Counted from the first letter of the stretch, positions 29,695-45,427 are shown. The stretch: DNA of 64,000 bases from an uncultured Acidobacteriota bacterium (GCA_963700145.1 OY969474.1:2464001-2528000); one strand, 5' to 3'. Notes: a model not told the origin generated them from the sequence alone. Translations and numbers: made by a program.

Positions 29695-32600
29695 CTACGG
29701 AGACGGGGCCGCGGGCTGCGGTTGGGAGGCCGGCTCGCCGCCGGCGACCGGCCGCCGGCCGCGGCGGAGGGCGGCGACGACGGCGTCGCGGGCGTCGTCG
29801 AAGAGGGTGTAGAAGACCGGCACGACGAGCAGCGTCAGCATGGTGGCGGTGGTCATGCCGCCGATCAGGGTGAAGCCGAAGCTGGTGTAGGAGAGGCCGA
29901 TCGAGTTGGAGCCGCCGACGGTGAGCGGGACCATGCCGCCGATCGTGGTCAGCGCCGTCATCATGATCGGGCGGAAGCGCCGCTCGGTGGCGAGGAGGAG
30001 GGCCTCGCGGCGCGGGTGCCCCTCTTCGCGCAGCCGGTTCACGCAGTCGATCAGCACGATGCCGTTGTTGACCACGACGCCGATCAGCAGCACGGCGCCG
30101 ACGAAGCCGAGGACGTCGAGGTCGAGGCCGGTCGCGGCGTGCATCCAGACGACGCCGATCGAGGCCAGCGGGATGGTCAGCACGATCGACAGCGGCAGGA
30201 TGAAGCTCTCGAAGAGGAACCCCATCAGCAGGTAGACGAAGACGATCGACAGCAGCCCGGCGAAGAGGAGGTTCTTCATCTCCTCGTCACCGCCGGCGCG
30301 CTCCGGCGGGGCGCCGAGCGAGATCCCCTCCGGCAGGTCGAGCACCGCGGCGAGGGACTCCAGCCGCTCGCGGGCCTCCTTCTCCTTCCCCTCTTGCAGC
30401 TCGACGGTCACCGGCCGGGCGACGCGCTGGTCCTCGCGCTGGATGCGGCGGGCGGCGGGGAGGAAGCGGACGTCGGTGAGGGAGGCGAGCGGGACGACCC
30501 CCGCCGCCGACGGCACCTCGAAGCTCGCCAGCTCGGAGAGGCTCTCGCGGTCCTTCTCCTCGAAGCGCACCCGCACCGGCACCTGGCGGCCGTCGCGCTG
30601 GTAGCGCGGCAGCGCCTGGCCGCGCAGGGCGTAGCCGACGACGCCGGCGATGACCTCGGGGTTGACGCCCTGGCGCTGGGCGCGGGCGCGGTCGACGACC
30701 AGCGCCAGCTCGTCGGGCGGGCGGTCGCCGGCGCGGCGCACCCCGAGCACCCCCGACACCTGCGCGAAGAGCGCCTCCAGCTCCAGCGCCGTCTCCTCCA
30801 GCGCCGCGGCGTTCTCGCCGTAGAGGGTGACGGCGTGCACGCCTTCCTCCTTCGCCTCGTCCTCGGCCTGGTCGCCGGTGAAGAGCTTGAAGCCGGCGCG
30901 CTCCGGCAGCGCCGCCATCACCCGCTCGGTGGCCTCGCGCGAGGTCACGTCGGCGGTCGACGGCTGGGTGAACCAGCCCTCGATCTCGCCGTAGGTGGCG
31001 CGGTGGAAGAGGAACCACCCTTCGAGGCCCAGCTCCTCCTTGAGCCCTTCGACCGTCTTCTCGGCCTGGAGGAACCAGGCCTCGGCCTCCTCCAGCGTGG
31101 TGTTGGCCGGCATCTCGACCTGGATCCCCCAGCCGCGCGCCTCGCTCTCCTGGGTGGGCGAGAACTTGACCCGCTGCTTTGCTATGACGCCGGTTGCGAC
31201 CAGCACCAGGAGGAGCCCGAGCACCACGTCCAGCCGCCGCCCGAGGGCCACCGCCAGGAGCGCCGTGTAGCCGCGGTTCAAGCGCCCGAAGGTGGCCTCG
31301 TAGAGGCGCGCCAGGAGGACCTCGACGCGCCGCCACGCCCGCCGGTGCCCCGGCTCCGGCGCGGCGCCGTTCTCGCGCTGCGCCGGCAGAGTCAGGTAGA
31401 CGGCGAGCGGCACCGCCACCAGCGCCACGAGGAGCGAGGCCAAGAGCGCCACCGACACCGGGATCGAGAGGCGGAGGAGAAAGAACTGCCCTTCGCCTTC
31501 GACCAGCGACACCGGCAGGAAGACGGTGACGCTGGTCAGCGTCGCCAGGGTGATGGCGAGGGCGATCTCCCCCGCCCCTTCGAGACAGGCCTGCCGCCGC
31601 GGCACGCCGGCCAAGTGGAGGCGGTGGATGTTCTCGGCGACGACGATCGAGTTGTCCACCAGCATCCCGACCGAGATCATCAGCCCGAGGAGCGACAGCA
31701 CGTTGAGCGTCTCGCCGGCGAAGTACATGACGGTCAGGGCGAGGAGCAGCGAGAGCGGGATCGAGAGCGTGATGATGAGCGTCATGCGCAGCCGGCGGAG
31801 GAAGAAGAAGAGGACCGCGACGGCGATGGCGCCGCCGAGGAAGCCGCTCTCCACGACCTTGCGCAGCGACTCCAGGATCACGTCGCCCTGGTCGAAGAGC
31901 GGGATCATGCGCACCGAGCGCAGGCGCGGGTCGCGCTCCAGCCGCTCGACCAGGGCGCCGATCGAGCGCGCCACCTCCAGCGTGTTGGCGTCCCCCTCCT
32001 TGAGCACGACGACCGCCACCGCCGGCCGGCTCAGCGCGCGCGCCCGGTAGTTGCGCTCGGCCTCCTCGTAGCGCAGGGTGGCGATGTCGCCCAGCCGCAC
32101 GGTCGGCGAGACCGGCCGGCGGGCGAGCGCCTCCAAGTCGGCGTAGCGGGCGACCGAGCGCAGGAGGAGCTTGTCGCCGCCGGCGCGCACGCTCCCCGAG
32201 GCGAGGGTGAAGTTGTCGGTGGCGAGCTGGCGGCCCAGCTCGTAGATGTTGAGCCCCGCCGCCTCGGTGCGGTCGCGGTCGAGCTCGATCAGGATCTCTT
32301 TCTCTTCCAGGCCGTCGGTCTCGATCGCCGCGACGCCGTCGATCCGCTGCAGCGGCAGGACGATCCCGTTCTGGATCAGGTTCCAGGCGTCGGTCAGCTC
32401 GGGATCGACCGCCAGGCCGAGGACGTAGACCGGCACGCCGCTCTCGTCGTGCTTGCGGATGAAGATGCGGTCGGCGTCGCGCGGCAGGCGGGCGCGCACC
32501 CGCTGCACGCGGTCGCGCACCTCGCGGTAGGCGACGTCCATGTCGCTGCCGGGCTTGAAGGCCAGGCCGACGCGGCCCCAGCCGGGGACCGCGGTCGAGT

Positions 32601-32864
32601 CGAGGCGGTCGAGGCCGCGCACCGTCGCCAGCTCCTCCTCGAGCGGCAGGACGATCTTCTCCAGCACCTCCTCCGGTGGCGCGTCGCGCCAGGGGACGGA
32701 GACGCCGAGGTGGGGGGCGTTGAAGCCGCGCGGCAGCAGCTCCAGCGGGATGGCGAGGGTGGCCACCAGCCCCACCACCACCGTGCTGGCGACGAAGACC
32801 AGGACGGTGATGCGGCGGTCGAGGGAGAGGCGCGGCAGCGCGCTCTCCCAGCGCGAGGGGGTCT

Positions 32865-32868
<4 letters not shown>
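29695..32868 (-). CDS. RND efflux permease (AcrB/MdtC-like)
   Basis: GMLVDNSIVVAENI, GVVVNNGIVLID, RFRPIMMTALTT; GTG overlaps upstream stop. Confidence 0.92.
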
Positions 32869-36637
<3,769 letters not shown>

Positions 36638-36641
<4 letters not shown>

Positions 36642-37744
36642 GCGCCCTTCCCCGCCAGCCGCACCTTGGCGCCCTGCTTGAGCCCGGCCTGGCCGGCCAC
36701 GACCAAGCGGTCGCCGGCGGCCAAGCCGCCGGCCGGCTCGACGTTGGCGCGATCCTCGAGCCTGGCCACCAGGCGCACGCGCTCGACGTGCTTGCCGTCC
36801 GGCCCCAGGCGGTAGACGAAGAGCTGGTCGTGGTCGTAGACCAGCGCCCGCTTGGGGACCAGGAGGGCGTCGGGGTGGACGGCGGTGACCAGCGCCACGT
36901 CCACGTACATGCCGGGGCGGAGCCCCTCCTGCGGCGGCACGTCCACGGTCACCTTCACGGTGCCGCTCTGCGGGTCGACGACCGGCGAGAGGCGCTCGAC
37001 GCGGCCGGCGAACTCGCGCCCGCCCAGGGCCGGCGCCACGATCCGCACCGTCTGGTTCGGGGCCAGCCGCCCCAGCTCCTTCTCCGGCACGTGGACGCGG
37101 GCGACGATCGAGTCGAAGTCCACCAGCTCGAAGAGGGGCTGGTTCAGGTTGACGAAGTCGCCGACGCCGACCAGGCGGCGGGTGACGGTGCCGGAGATCG
37201 GCGCGCGCACCTCGGTGTAGCCGAGCTGCCGCCGCGCCTCCTCGCGCGCCAGCTGGAGCTGCTCGAGCTCGTAGGCGGTCTCGTTGAAGGCCTGCTCGGG
37301 GATGAGCTGGAGGGCGAAGAGCTTCTTCTGCCGCTCGTGCTCGCGCTCGGCCTTGGCGAGCTGGCTCTGCACCTTGGCGAGGGCGGTGCGCTGCTCCTCG
37401 TCCTGGAGGCGTAGGAGCGGCTGCCCGCGCCCGACGCGCCTCCCCTCCTCGACGAAGAGCTGCCGCACCTGGCGGGAGGCCTGGGCGAGGACCTCCACCT
37501 GCTCCTCGGCCTCCAGGTGGGTCGAGTAGCGGAGGACCGCCTCGATCGGCCCGCGGGCCAGCGGCGCCACCTCGACCGGCACCGCCTCGTCCTTGGGCTT
37601 GGCGTCCTTGCCGTCCTCGCCCTTCTCCGCCTCGCGGGCGGCCTTGTCGTCCGTGTCGCGGGCCTCGGCGTCCCTCTCCGAGCACCCCGCCCCGGCCAGC
37701 CCGACGGCCGCCAGCAGCACCAACAGCCAGCATGCGCTTCTCAC
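36638..37744 (-). CDS. RND periplasmic adaptor (MFP) lipoprotein
   Basis: GGAGG RBS, lipobox AGAGC, VRAPISGTV, LRPGMYV. Confidence 0.92.
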
Positions 37745-37947
37745 GACGTTCCTCCTCGGCCGAAAAAGGGACCGCCCCGGTGCGCGCGAAACCGAGCTGG
37801 GGCTCCAGAGCCTGCTACGTCCGGCGGAACGGGGTTGTTTCAGGGCGACCGTAACACTCGCCCCCTTTTTGCGCCTACTGGAGGAAGCGAGGCCGCAAGT
37901 GCGGCGGCGCAAGGTCTCTCAAACCAACCACAAAAGGAGGAAGGACG

Positions 37948-38142
37948 ATGGCGACACAACCAGCACCAGCGGCACCACCGGCACCGGCGGCACGGGCGAG
38001 GAACGTGAGACTGGGGATCTTCGTGGGCTTCGGCGCGCTCGTCGGCTTCGGCATCGGCTTCGGCTTCGGCGGGGTCGTCGGCGGCGTCATCGGCGGCATC
38101 ATCGGCGGCATCATCGGCGGCATCATCGGCAAGTTCGACTGA
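37948..38142 (+). CDS. 64-aa peptide with Pro/Ala leader and Gly-zipper core (GF/GI and GGII repeats)
   Basis: AGGAGG RBS; GC3-biased codons; 12-bp atcggcggcatc repeats at ~38075-38130. Confidence 0.65.
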   Translation: MATQPAPAAPPAPAARARNVRLGIFVGFGALVGFGIGFGFGGVVGGVIGGIIGGIIGGIIGKFD

Positions 38143-38158
38143 CCCAAGGAGAGACACC

Positions 38159-38437
38159 ATGGCCAAGGAGCAACCGAAACCGGGTCAGGTCGACCGGGAG
38201 GTCGTCAAGGCGCTGCTCGACAGCGGCGCCGTCAACTTCGAAGCGATCGGGGCGGCCGTCGCCAAGTTCGGCCCCAGCCTCGCGCTCAACCCCAACGACG
38301 AGTGGGAGAACTTCTGCCTGACGATGAAGATCTTCGTCCGGCTCTACCGGTTCCCCTTCCCGTTCGGCGAGCGCCAGAGGGGGTTGGAGGACCTCGGCGC
38401 GCTGCGCGGGGAAGTGGCGCCCGACGTCAAGGGCTAG
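38159..38437 (+). CDS. Small hypothetical protein (92 aa)
   Basis: AAGGAG RBS, typical codon usage, single Cys in ENFCLTMK. Confidence 0.75.
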   Translation: MAKEQPKPGQVDREVVKALLDSGAVNFEAIGAAVAKFGPSLALNPNDEWENFCLTMKIFVRLYRFPFPFGERQRGLEDLGALRGEVAPDVKG

Positions 38438-38461
38438 CCCTTCCCGCTCGGCGAGGACGAC

Positions 38462-39718
38462 ATGCACCACGGCTGGGACGAGGAGAACCTGCGGGAGCGG
38501 CTCGCCGCCTCCCTGCAGGTGGCGGCACGCGCCGTCACCCTCCTCGCTCCGGCCGGTTATGAAGCCGAGACGCAGGAGGGCCTCCGGCCCGAGAAGGTGC
38601 GGGCCGAAACGGCGCTCTTCCTGCTGGCGAGCCACGCCGTCTGCGCCGCCGACCCGGACCTCGCCGCGCGCCACCGGCAGGTCGCCGAGGCGCTGGTCCC
38701 GTACGCCCGCAGCGAGCGCGTCGCCGCGATGATCGCGCTCGAGCCGGTCGTCGCCCTGGACCACGCCCTGATCCACCTCTGTCTTTCGCGCCTCGGGCTC
38801 GGCGACGAGCGGTTCGACCGCCTCCTCGCCGCGGCCCGGACGAGCCGCGCCGCGGCCGCGCGCGAGCGCCTCCCCCACCGCGACATGGAGCAGGCGTGGC
38901 TCGGACGCCTGACCGGCGCCGCCGGCGAGGAGTCCGGCCGGGGGCGCGGCCTGCCCGCGCGGTCCATCCTCGGGCGCCCGCTGGACGCCCTGTCGGCGAC
39001 GACCGACGACGTCTATGCCTTCACCCACGCCGTGATGTTCGCCACCGACCTGGGCGCGCGGACCCCGCGGCTGCCGCGCTCGGGCGCCGCGATCGCCGCC
39101 GACGCCGAAGCGGCGCTCGCCTGGTGCCTGGACGACCAAGACTACGACCTCGGCGGCGAGGTGCTGCTGACCTGGCCGCTGCTGCGGCGGCGCTGGAGCG
39201 CCGCCGCGACCTTCGGTTTCCACTGCCTCGCTCGCGTCGAGGACGAGGCCGGCTTCCTGCCGGCGCCCGTGATCTCGCTCGAGCGTCTCGCCACTCTTGA
39301 GGGCGAGGCGCGGGCGCGCTACGCCCTCGCGCTGAGCTACCACACGGTCTACGTGATGGGGCTCTTGTGCTCGCTCGCGCTCAGTCCGGGCGGCGCGCCG
39401 CCGCGCTCCGTTCCGCCCTCGCGACGCCCGCGAGGAGCGGCGGCGGCCCTCCTCGAGGTCCCCGACATGGACGCCGAGCCGCGGCACTGGCAGGGTGTCT
39501 TCGCGGCCCTCGACGGGGCGCAGCGCGACGCGCTGGCGCCCCTGCTTCTCGCCATCCGCCTGCGCCGCGCGGCGGCGCGCCGGGACTTGGCGGGCATCCA
39601 GGAGCTGCTCAGGGCGGCCGCGCGGTTCGACCTCCTGGCGGCGCCGGCCCCGCAACAGGCGATCGAGCTCCTCCAGCGCGCGGCCCTCTTGGGCCGGCTG
39701 GGGCTCGCCACCGACTGA
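38462..39718 (+). CDS. DUF6895-like alpha-helical protein, putative modifying enzyme
   Basis: GAGGA RBS; VYAFTHAVMFATDLG, DYDLGGEVL and SYHTVYV motifs (recognised from memory). Confidence 0.6.
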   Translation: MHHGWDEENLRERLAASLQVAARAVTLLAPAGYEAETQEGLRPEKVRAETALFLLASHAVCAADPDLAARHRQVAEALVPYARSERVAAMIALEPVVALDHALIHLCLSRLGLGDERFDRLLAAARTSRAAAARERLPHRDMEQAWLGRLTGAAGEESGRGRGLPARSILGRPLDALSATTDDVYAFTHAVMFATDLGARTPRLPRSGAAIAADAEAALAWCLDDQDYDLGGEVLLTWPLLRRRWSAAATFGFHCLARVEDEAGFLPAPVISLERLATLEGEARARYALALSYHTVYVMGLLCSLALSPGGAPPRSVPPSRRPRGAAAALLEVPDMDAEPRHWQGVFAALDGAQRDALAPLLLAIRLRRAAARRDLAGIQELLRAAARFDLLAAPAPQQAIELLQRAALLGRLGLATD

Positions 39719-40825
39719 CTAGCTGGCCGTCTTCCGGAACGCCCGCGCGCTGCCAAGCACCAAGACGGTGGCGATGGCGAGGAGGGCGGCGACGTGCTGC
39801 CAGAGGTCGAGGAAGCCGGCGCCGCGGATGACGATGCCGCGGGAGATGGCGATGAAGTGGGTGGCGGGCAGGACCTGCGCCACCCACTGCAGCGGCCCAG
39901 GCAGCGACGAGAGCGGGAAGATGTAGCCCGAGAGCATGATCGAGGGGAGCAGCACCATCTGCGCGATCTGCGTCGCCTCCATCTGGGTCTTGGCGCGGGC
40001 CGAGATCAGCAGGCCCAGCGACAAGAGAGCGAAGAGGTAGACCGTGGCGAGCCCGAGGAGGAGCGGCACGCTGCCGTGGATCGGCACGCGGAAGACGGTG
40101 GACATGAGCGCCAGCACCACCAGGAGCTGGAGGAAGGAGAGGGCGAGGTACGGCAGGAGCTTGCCGAAGACCACGGCGATCGGCGAGGCCGGCGTCACCA
40201 TGAGCTGTTCCAGGGTGCCGCGCTCGCGCTCGCGGACGATGGCGTAGGCCGAGAGGAGCGTCGCCGAGAAGGTCAGGAGGATAGCGATCAGCCCTGGGAT
40301 CAGGAGGTTGGCGCTGCGTGAGTCGGGGTTGAAGAGGAGCTGCGGCCGCGCCTCCAGCGGCAGCTCGTCGATTCCCTGCTCGCGCGCCAGCTGCTGCAGC
40401 GACCGCGACAGCGTCAGCCCGTTGGTCGCCGCGAGGGCTTGTGACGAGAGGCTCGAGTCCGAGCCGTCGATCAGCACCAGGACGCGCGCCGCCTCGCCGT
40501 AGAGCCGCCGGCGCGCGAAATCGGGCGGCACCTCGATCCCCACCGACGCCTCCCCGGCCACGATCGCCTCGCGCAGCGCCGCCCGCGACGGCACGTAACG
40601 CTCAACGGCGAAGAGCCCCGTGCTCTGGAAGGCGGCGAGGAGCTCGCGGCTCTCGGCACTGCGGCTCTGGTCGAAGACCGCGGTCGGCACGTCGGTGACG
40701 TTGGTGTCGATCAGACCGAAGAGGACGAGCTGGAAGACCGGCAGGGCCAGGGCGAAGCGCAGGGTGCCGCGGTCGCGCACCATCTGCAGGCCCTCCTTGC
40801 GCAGGACCGCGCCGAAGCCCCTCAC
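39719..40825 (-). CDS. ABC-2 type permease (YbhR/S-like)
   Basis: [31 protein letters not shown]. Confidence 0.92.
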   Translation of the reverse strand: MRGFGAVLRKEGLQMVRDRGTLRFALALPVFQLVLFGLIDTNVTDVPTAVFDQSRSAESRELLAAFQSTGLFAVERYVPSRAALREAIVAGEASVGIEVPPDFARRRLYGEAARVLVLIDGSDSSLSSQALAATNGLTLSRSLQQLAREQGIDELPLEARPQLLFNPDSRSANLLIPGLIAILLTFSATLLSAYAIVRERERGTLEQLMVTPASPIAVVFGKLLPYLALSFLQLLVVLALMSTVFRVPIHGSVPLLLGLATVYLFALLSLGLLISARAKTQMEATQIAQMVLLPSIMLSGYIFPLSSLPGPLQWVAQVLPATHFIAISRGIVIRGAGFLDLWQHVAALLAIATVLVLGSARAFRKTAS

Positions 40826-41853
40826 CGGGCCGCTCCCGCCGCCGCCGGCGCCACGCCCGCGGCCTTGCCGTCCCCCTGCAGCGCCGTCAGCCGCACGAAG
40901 ACGTCTTCCAGGCTGGGGTCGATCGGGCGGATGCGCACGTCGGAGCGCCCGGCGGCCTCGAGGTCGCGCTCGATCGTGTCGTCCGGCACGCCGGCGTCCA
41001 CCAGCAGGTGGAGAGCGTTGCCGAAGATCGTCACCTCCTGGACGTAGGGGAGCGACCGCGCCCGCCCCATGACCGCCGCGGCGCCGCGGTCGCACTCCGC
41101 CTCGACCCGGCGCTTCCCCGCCGGCGTCACCTCCGGCCGGCGCGTCAGCTCGTCCGGGCGCCCCTCGACGAGCAGGCGAGCCATGTAGAGATAGCCGACC
41201 GTGCCGCAGCGCTCGGCCTCGTCCATGTAGTGGGTGGTGACGAGGAGGGTCACGCCCTCGGCGGCGAGCTCGAAGAGGAGGTTCCAGAGCTCGCGCCGGG
41301 CGACCGGGTCGATGCCGGCGGTCGGCTCGTCGAGGAACAGGACGCGCGGCCGGTGCATGACCGCGGCGGCGAGCGACAGGCGCTGCTTCCAGCCGCCGGA
41401 GAGCTGGCCAGCCAGCCGGTCGAGGTAGGGCCCGATGCCGGTCAGCTCGATCGCCCAGCGCCGCCGCTCGCGCGCCGTCTCGCCGACGAGACCGTAGACC
41501 GAGGCGAAAAAGTCCAGGTTCTCGGCCACCGACAGGTCCTCGTAGAGCGAGAAGCGCTGCGGCACGTAGCCGATGCGCGCCCGCACTTCCTCGCCCTGCG
41601 TCGCGACGTCGAGGCCGTCCACCGCGGCGCGGCCGGCGGTCGGGGCGAGGAGGCCGCAGAGGATGCGGATGAGGGTCGACTTGCCCGAGCCGTTGGGCCC
41701 CAGGAGGCCGTAGATCTCGCCGCGGTGGACGCGCAGCGAGACGCCGTCGAGGGCGCGCACGCGGCCGAAGTCCTTGACGATCTTCTCGGCCTCGATCCCC
41801 CAGCCCCCGGCGGCCGCCGAGGCCGCCACACCGGGTTCACCGGGCTCGCTCAC
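40822..41853 (-). CDS. ABC transporter ATP-binding protein
   Basis: [32 protein letters not shown]. Confidence 0.94.
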   Translation of the reverse strand: MSEPGEPGVAASAAAGGWGIEAEKIVKDFGRVRALDGVSLRVHRGEIYGLLGPNGSGKSTLIRILCGLLAPTAGRAAVDGLDVATQGEEVRARIGYVPQRFSLYEDLSVAENLDFFASVYGLVGETARERRRWAIELTGIGPYLDRLAGQLSGGWKQRLSLAAAVMHRPRVLFLDEPTAGIDPVARRELWNLLFELAAEGVTLLVTTHYMDEAERCGTVGYLYMARLLVEGRPDELTRRPEVTPAGKRRVEAECDRGAAAVMGRARSLPYVQEVTIFGNALHLLVDAGVPDDTIERDLEAAGRSDVRIRPIDPSLEDVFVRLTALQGDGKAAGVAPAAAGAAR

Positions 41854-42785
41854 CGCTCCTCCAGGTGCACCAGCGCCGCCATCCCCGCCTTGAGCTCCGG
41901 CGCCGCCTCCACCTCCACCTTGACGCCGAAGACCTGCTCGGCCCGCTGCTCCAGGGTCTGGACGTTGCGCGGCGTGTACTCGGCCTGGTCGCGGATCTCG
42001 ACGATGCGGCCGCGGAAGCGGCGCTCGGGGAAGCTGTCCACCGTCACCGCCGCCGGCTGGCCGACGCGGACGCGGCCGAGCTCCGGCTCCGGGACGTAGA
42101 CGCGCACCCAGAGCTGCCCGGCCTCGAGCAGCGCGGCCACCGGGCGGTTGGCCGGCACCAGGTCGCCGGGGCGCAGGTCGAGGCTCTCGACCACCCCGGC
42201 CGCCGGCGCCGCGACCAGCGTCTCCTGCCGCTGCCGCTCGAGCAGCGCTAGCCGCGTCTCCTCGCGCGCCAGCGCCGCCCGCGCCCCCGCCACGTCCTCC
42301 TCGCGGCCGCCGCTCTCGGCCTCGCGCAGGGTCTCGCGGGCGGTCGCGGCACGCACCGTCGCGGCGTCGTAGTCGCGGCGCGGGATCACCCCTTGCCGCC
42401 AGAGCGCCTCGAAGCGGCGGCGATCGGTCTCGGCGGCGCGGTACTCGATCTCGGCGCGGCGCACCGCCTCGCTCCTCGGCCCGCGCTCGGTGCGGGCGAG
42501 GGCCGCCCGCGCCTCCTCGATCCGCGCCCGCTGCTCGGCGACCTCCAGGTCGCGCAGGTCGGAGTCGAAGCGGACGATGGGCTGGCCGGCCGCCACTCGG
42601 TCCCCCTCCTCGACGTAGACCTCCAGCACCCGCCCGCCGACCAGCGATCCCACCTCCACGGTCCGCGCCTCCAGCGACCCCGAGAGGACCAGCCCCTCGC
42701 GGTCGCGCCGGGCGGCGAGCCAGAGCCAGACGCCGGCGGCGGCGACGGCGAGGAGGAGGACGGCGACGGCGGCGCGGCGCTTCAT
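41850..42785 (-). CDS. HlyD-family adaptor (YbhG-like)
   Basis: N-terminal TM, lipoyl half-motifs, [10 protein letters not shown]. Confidence 0.9.
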   Translation of the reverse strand: MKRRAAVAVLLLAVAAAGVWLWLAARRDREGLVLSGSLEARTVEVGSLVGGRVLEVYVEEGDRVAAGQPIVRFDSDLRDLEVAEQRARIEEARAALARTERGPRSEAVRRAEIEYRAAETDRRRFEALWRQGVIPRRDYDAATVRAATARETLREAESGGREEDVAGARAALAREETRLALLERQRQETLVAAPAAGVVESLDLRPGDLVPANRPVAALLEAGQLWVRVYVPEPELGRVRVGQPAAVTVDSFPERRFRGRIVEIRDQAEYTPRNVQTLEQRAEQVFGVKVEVEAAPELKAGMAALVHLEER

Positions 42786-42835
42786 CGTGGGGTTTGAGCC
42801 GTCGGCAGTGTATCCCCGGGCAGTCTTCTTGCTTC

Positions 42836-43291
42836 ATGAACCCGCCCCCCAGCTCGCAGTGGGTCCTCCAGCTCGTCTGGCTCTTCGCCCTGGCGCTGCC
42901 GATCGCCTGCGTGGCCTGGACGGTCACCCACGAGGAGGTCTTCAAAGAGCCGCGCGAGTGGAGCGAGCGGAGATCCAAGACGGCGCGCTCGCTCCTCGCC
43001 CGCAAGTTCTTCTACCTCTTCACCTGCGAGTACTGCTTCAGCCACTACGTGACGATCTTCTTCCTCGTCGTGACGCGCTACCGGCTGCTCCTCGACGACT
43101 GGCGCGGCTACCTGATCGCCTTCTTCGCCCTGGTCGCCGTGGCCAACAGCTACATGAGCGCCTTCGGCCGCCTGCGCCAGGAGGTCAAGTCCGAGAAGCT
43201 GGAAGCCGAGACGAGGGAGAAGGTGCTCGAGAAGGTGGAGCTGGAGGTGGAGCGGGCGGAGGAGAAGCGGCGGCCGGCGCGCGCGCGCTAG
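42836..43291 (+). CDS. Hypothetical membrane protein (DUF1360-like CxxC)
   Basis: Three hydrophobic segments; [11 protein letters not shown]. Confidence 0.65.
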   Translation: MNPPPSSQWVLQLVWLFALALPIACVAWTVTHEEVFKEPREWSERRSKTARSLLARKFFYLFTCEYCFSHYVTIFFLVVTRYRLLLDDWRGYLIAFFALVAVANSYMSAFGRLRQEVKSEKLEAETREKVLEKVELEVERAEEKRRPARAR

Positions 43292-43770
43292 GGGTCCGTG
43301 CCGGCGGGCACGGCGACCTCGTCCTCCCGCCACTCCTGGCCGCAGCCGCGGCAGCTCCAGCGCCGGTGCAGGACCGGCACCGGGAACCCCAGCAGCAGCC
43401 AGGCGGCGACGAAGGCCTTGAGCGACCAGCGGCGGTAGCGCAGCTCGGCCGAACGGCAGCCGGGGCAGCGCCGCACCGTCACCTCTTCCCCCTCCTCGAC
43501 GAGGTAGATCTCCGGCAACGACTCCTCGCGCGCCAGCTCCGCCGCCGCGGCCTCCAGGTCCTGGCGGCGGACCTGGAGCTTGACGCCGCCGACCGCCTGG
43601 GAGACCGCCCAGACGATGCGCACCGTGTGCTCGTCGGCGACGCTGGCCTCGATCCCCGCCGACTCCAGCCGCGCCTTGCCGAGGAGCGCCTCCCAGGGCG
43701 TGGTGAAGGCCGCAACCGTCACCCGCGGCTCGAGGCCGTAGGCGGGCTGGGGCTCGGGCTCGGCGTTCAC
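43288..43770 (-). CDS. DUF2007-like putative signal-transducing protein with zinc ribbon
   Basis: EALLGKARLESAGI..GGVKLQV; CPGC and CRGC. Confidence 0.75.
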   Translation of the reverse strand: MNAEPEPQPAYGLEPRVTVAAFTTPWEALLGKARLESAGIEASVADEHTVRIVWAVSQAVGGVKLQVRRQDLEAAAAELAREESLPEIYLVEEGEEVTVRRCPGCRSAELRYRRWSLKAFVAAWLLLGFPVPVLHRRWSCRGCGQEWREDEVAVPAGTDP

Positions 43771-43949
43771 GGCGCCACCCCCCCTTCGCTCAGGAGGTTC
43801 CCGATCCACCAAAGGAGGGCGGCGAAGAGGAGGAGCACGGAGAGGGCGGCGCCGGCGGCCACCACCCGGCCGAGCGGCCCGCGCAGCGCGAGGTAGGCGA
43901 GGACCGCGGCGAGCAGCGCGAAGACGCCGAAGACCAGCGTCGCCAGCAC
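43767..43949 (-). CDS. Small two-TM membrane protein
   Basis: Two hydrophobic helices; tightly packed in the operon. Confidence 0.55.
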   Translation of the reverse strand: MLATLVFGVFALLAAVLAYLALRGPLGRVVAAGAALSVLLLFAALLWWIGNLLSEGGVAP

Positions 43950-44183
43950 CTAGCCCGCCCCCTCACCCTCACGCCCCTCGATCCCCTGCACGATCTGCGT
44001 CACCTCGACCTCGGCGCGCCGGATCTTGGCGCGGCAGACCTCGAGCAGCTCGGCCGCCCGGCGCAGCTCCTCGGCCAGGCGGTCGACGTCCACCTCCTCC
44101 CCCTCGATGCGGGCGAGGATGCGCTCCAGCTCGTCGATCGCCTCGCGGAAGCTCGGCGCGGCCTGTTCTTGCGGCTCGCTCAT
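43950..44183 (-). CDS. xseB: Exodeoxyribonuclease VII small subunit
   Basis: SFREAIDELERIL..AAELLEVCRAKI; follows xseA. Confidence 0.92.
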   Translation of the reverse strand: MSEPQEQAAPSFREAIDELERILARIEGEEVDVDRLAEELRRAAELLEVCRAKIRRAEVEVTQIVQGIEGREGEGAG

Positions 44184-45427
44184 CCCTGCTCCCCCCCTAC
44201 GACGCGGCTGCGCAGCGCGCCGGCGGCCAGGCGGGTGACCAGCAGCTCGCCGGCGGCGGCGCGCGCGGCGTCGCGCAGGAGGACTCCGTCCGCCGTGCGG
44301 GTGATCGAGAAGCCGCGCGCCAGGGTGCGCTCGGGGCCGAGCTGCCGGCAGAGGCGCTCGAGGCCCTCGGTGCGCCGGGCGGCGGCGCGTAGGACGCCCT
44401 GCCCGGCGCGGCCGAGCGCGCGGCCGAGCTCCGCCACCCGCGTCCCGCGGCCGGCGAGCCGCAGCCGCGCCAGCCGCACGCCGCGCTCCGCCCGCCCCAG
44501 CGCCTCGCGCCCGGCGCGCAAGGGGGCCGTGCCCTGGCGCAGCAGCGCCTGGCGCAGCTCCACCAGCCGCTGCTCGGCGCGCGCCACCCGCTCGACCAGC
44601 AGCTCCGCCGCCTTGGTCGGGGTCTTCACCGCGGTGTGGGCGACCAGGTCCGCGATGGCGTGGTCGATCTCGTGGCCGAGGCCGGTCAGCACCGGGAAGG
44701 GCGCCCGCGCCACCGCCTCGGCGACGGCGCGGCTGTCAAAGGCGGCGAGGTCGGCGCGGGAGCCGCCGCCGCGCACCAGGACGGCGCAGTCGACCGCCGC
44801 GCGGGCCAGCGCCCCGAGCGCCGAGACCACCTCGCGCTCGGCCTCCCGCCCCTGCACCGAGACGTGGACGAAGACGACGCGGAAGCCGTAGCCGCTCTCG
44901 GCGAGGCCGGAGAGGAAGTCGTGGTAGGCGGCGCTGCCTTTAGAAGTGACGAGGGCCACCCGCAGCGGCAGCTCGGGCAGCGGCAGCGCGCGGTTGCGCT
45001 CGAGGAGGCCGGCGGCGGCGAGGGCGGCGAGGGTCTCGCGCCGGCGCCGCTCGAGCTGCCCGAGGGTGAACGCCGGGTCCACCTCGCGCACGCAGAGCTG
45101 CACCTTGCCGCCGGCGGCGAAGAAGTCGAGGTTGCCGCGCAGCCGCACCTCCTGGCCGTCGGCGAGCTGCTGGCCCGAGCGGGCGAGGAGGCGCGCCACC
45201 CGCTGGTGGTCGGTCTTCCAGAGCACCGCCTCGAGCTTCCCCACCACCTCGTCGTCCGCCCCCTTCTCGACCAGCTCGCAGTAGAGGTGGCCGCGCGGGC
45301 TCGCTTTCACCCGCTGCAGCTCGCCCACCACCCAGACGCTCGGGAAGGCCGAGGCCAGCAGCCCCTTGACCTCCCCGCACAGCTCGGAGACGGTGTAGGT
45401 GGTCTCGAAGAGGGCGAGCGTGCTCAA
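44180..45427 (-). CDS. xseA: Exodeoxyribonuclease VII large subunit
   Basis: YTVSEL, VWVVGE, GHLY, RGGGS, GLGHEID, PTKAAE, LARGFSI; TTG start overlaps upstream stop. Confidence 0.93.
   Translation of the reverse strand: MSTLALFETTYTVSELCGEVKGLLASAFPSVWVVGELQRVKASPRGHLYCELVEKGADDEVVGKLEAVLWKTDHQRVARLLARSGQQLADGQEVRLRGNLDFFAAGGKVQLCVREVDPAFTLGQLERRRRETLAALAAAGLLERNRALPLPELPLRVALVTSKGSAAYHDFLSGLAESGYGFRVVFVHVSVQGREAEREVVSALGALARAAVDCAVLVRGGGSRADLAAFDSRAVAEAVARAPFPVLTGLGHEIDHAIADLVAHTAVKTPTKAAELLVERVARAEQRLVELRQALLRQGTAPLRAGREALGRAERGVRLARLRLAGRGTRVAELGRALGRAGQGVLRAAARRTEGLERLCRQLGPERTLARGFSITRTADGVLLRDAARAAAGELLVTRLAAGALRSRVVGGEQG

Noticed and set aside
10500-29700. Prophage, IS or integron as the carrier of the accessory region
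   Set aside because: No integrase, transposase, phage gene, terminal inverted repeat or convincing attC recognised
37875-38147. Minus-strand MMPP-repeat ORF
   Set aside because: Antisense of the Gly-zipper peptide, which has the RBS, codon bias and operon context
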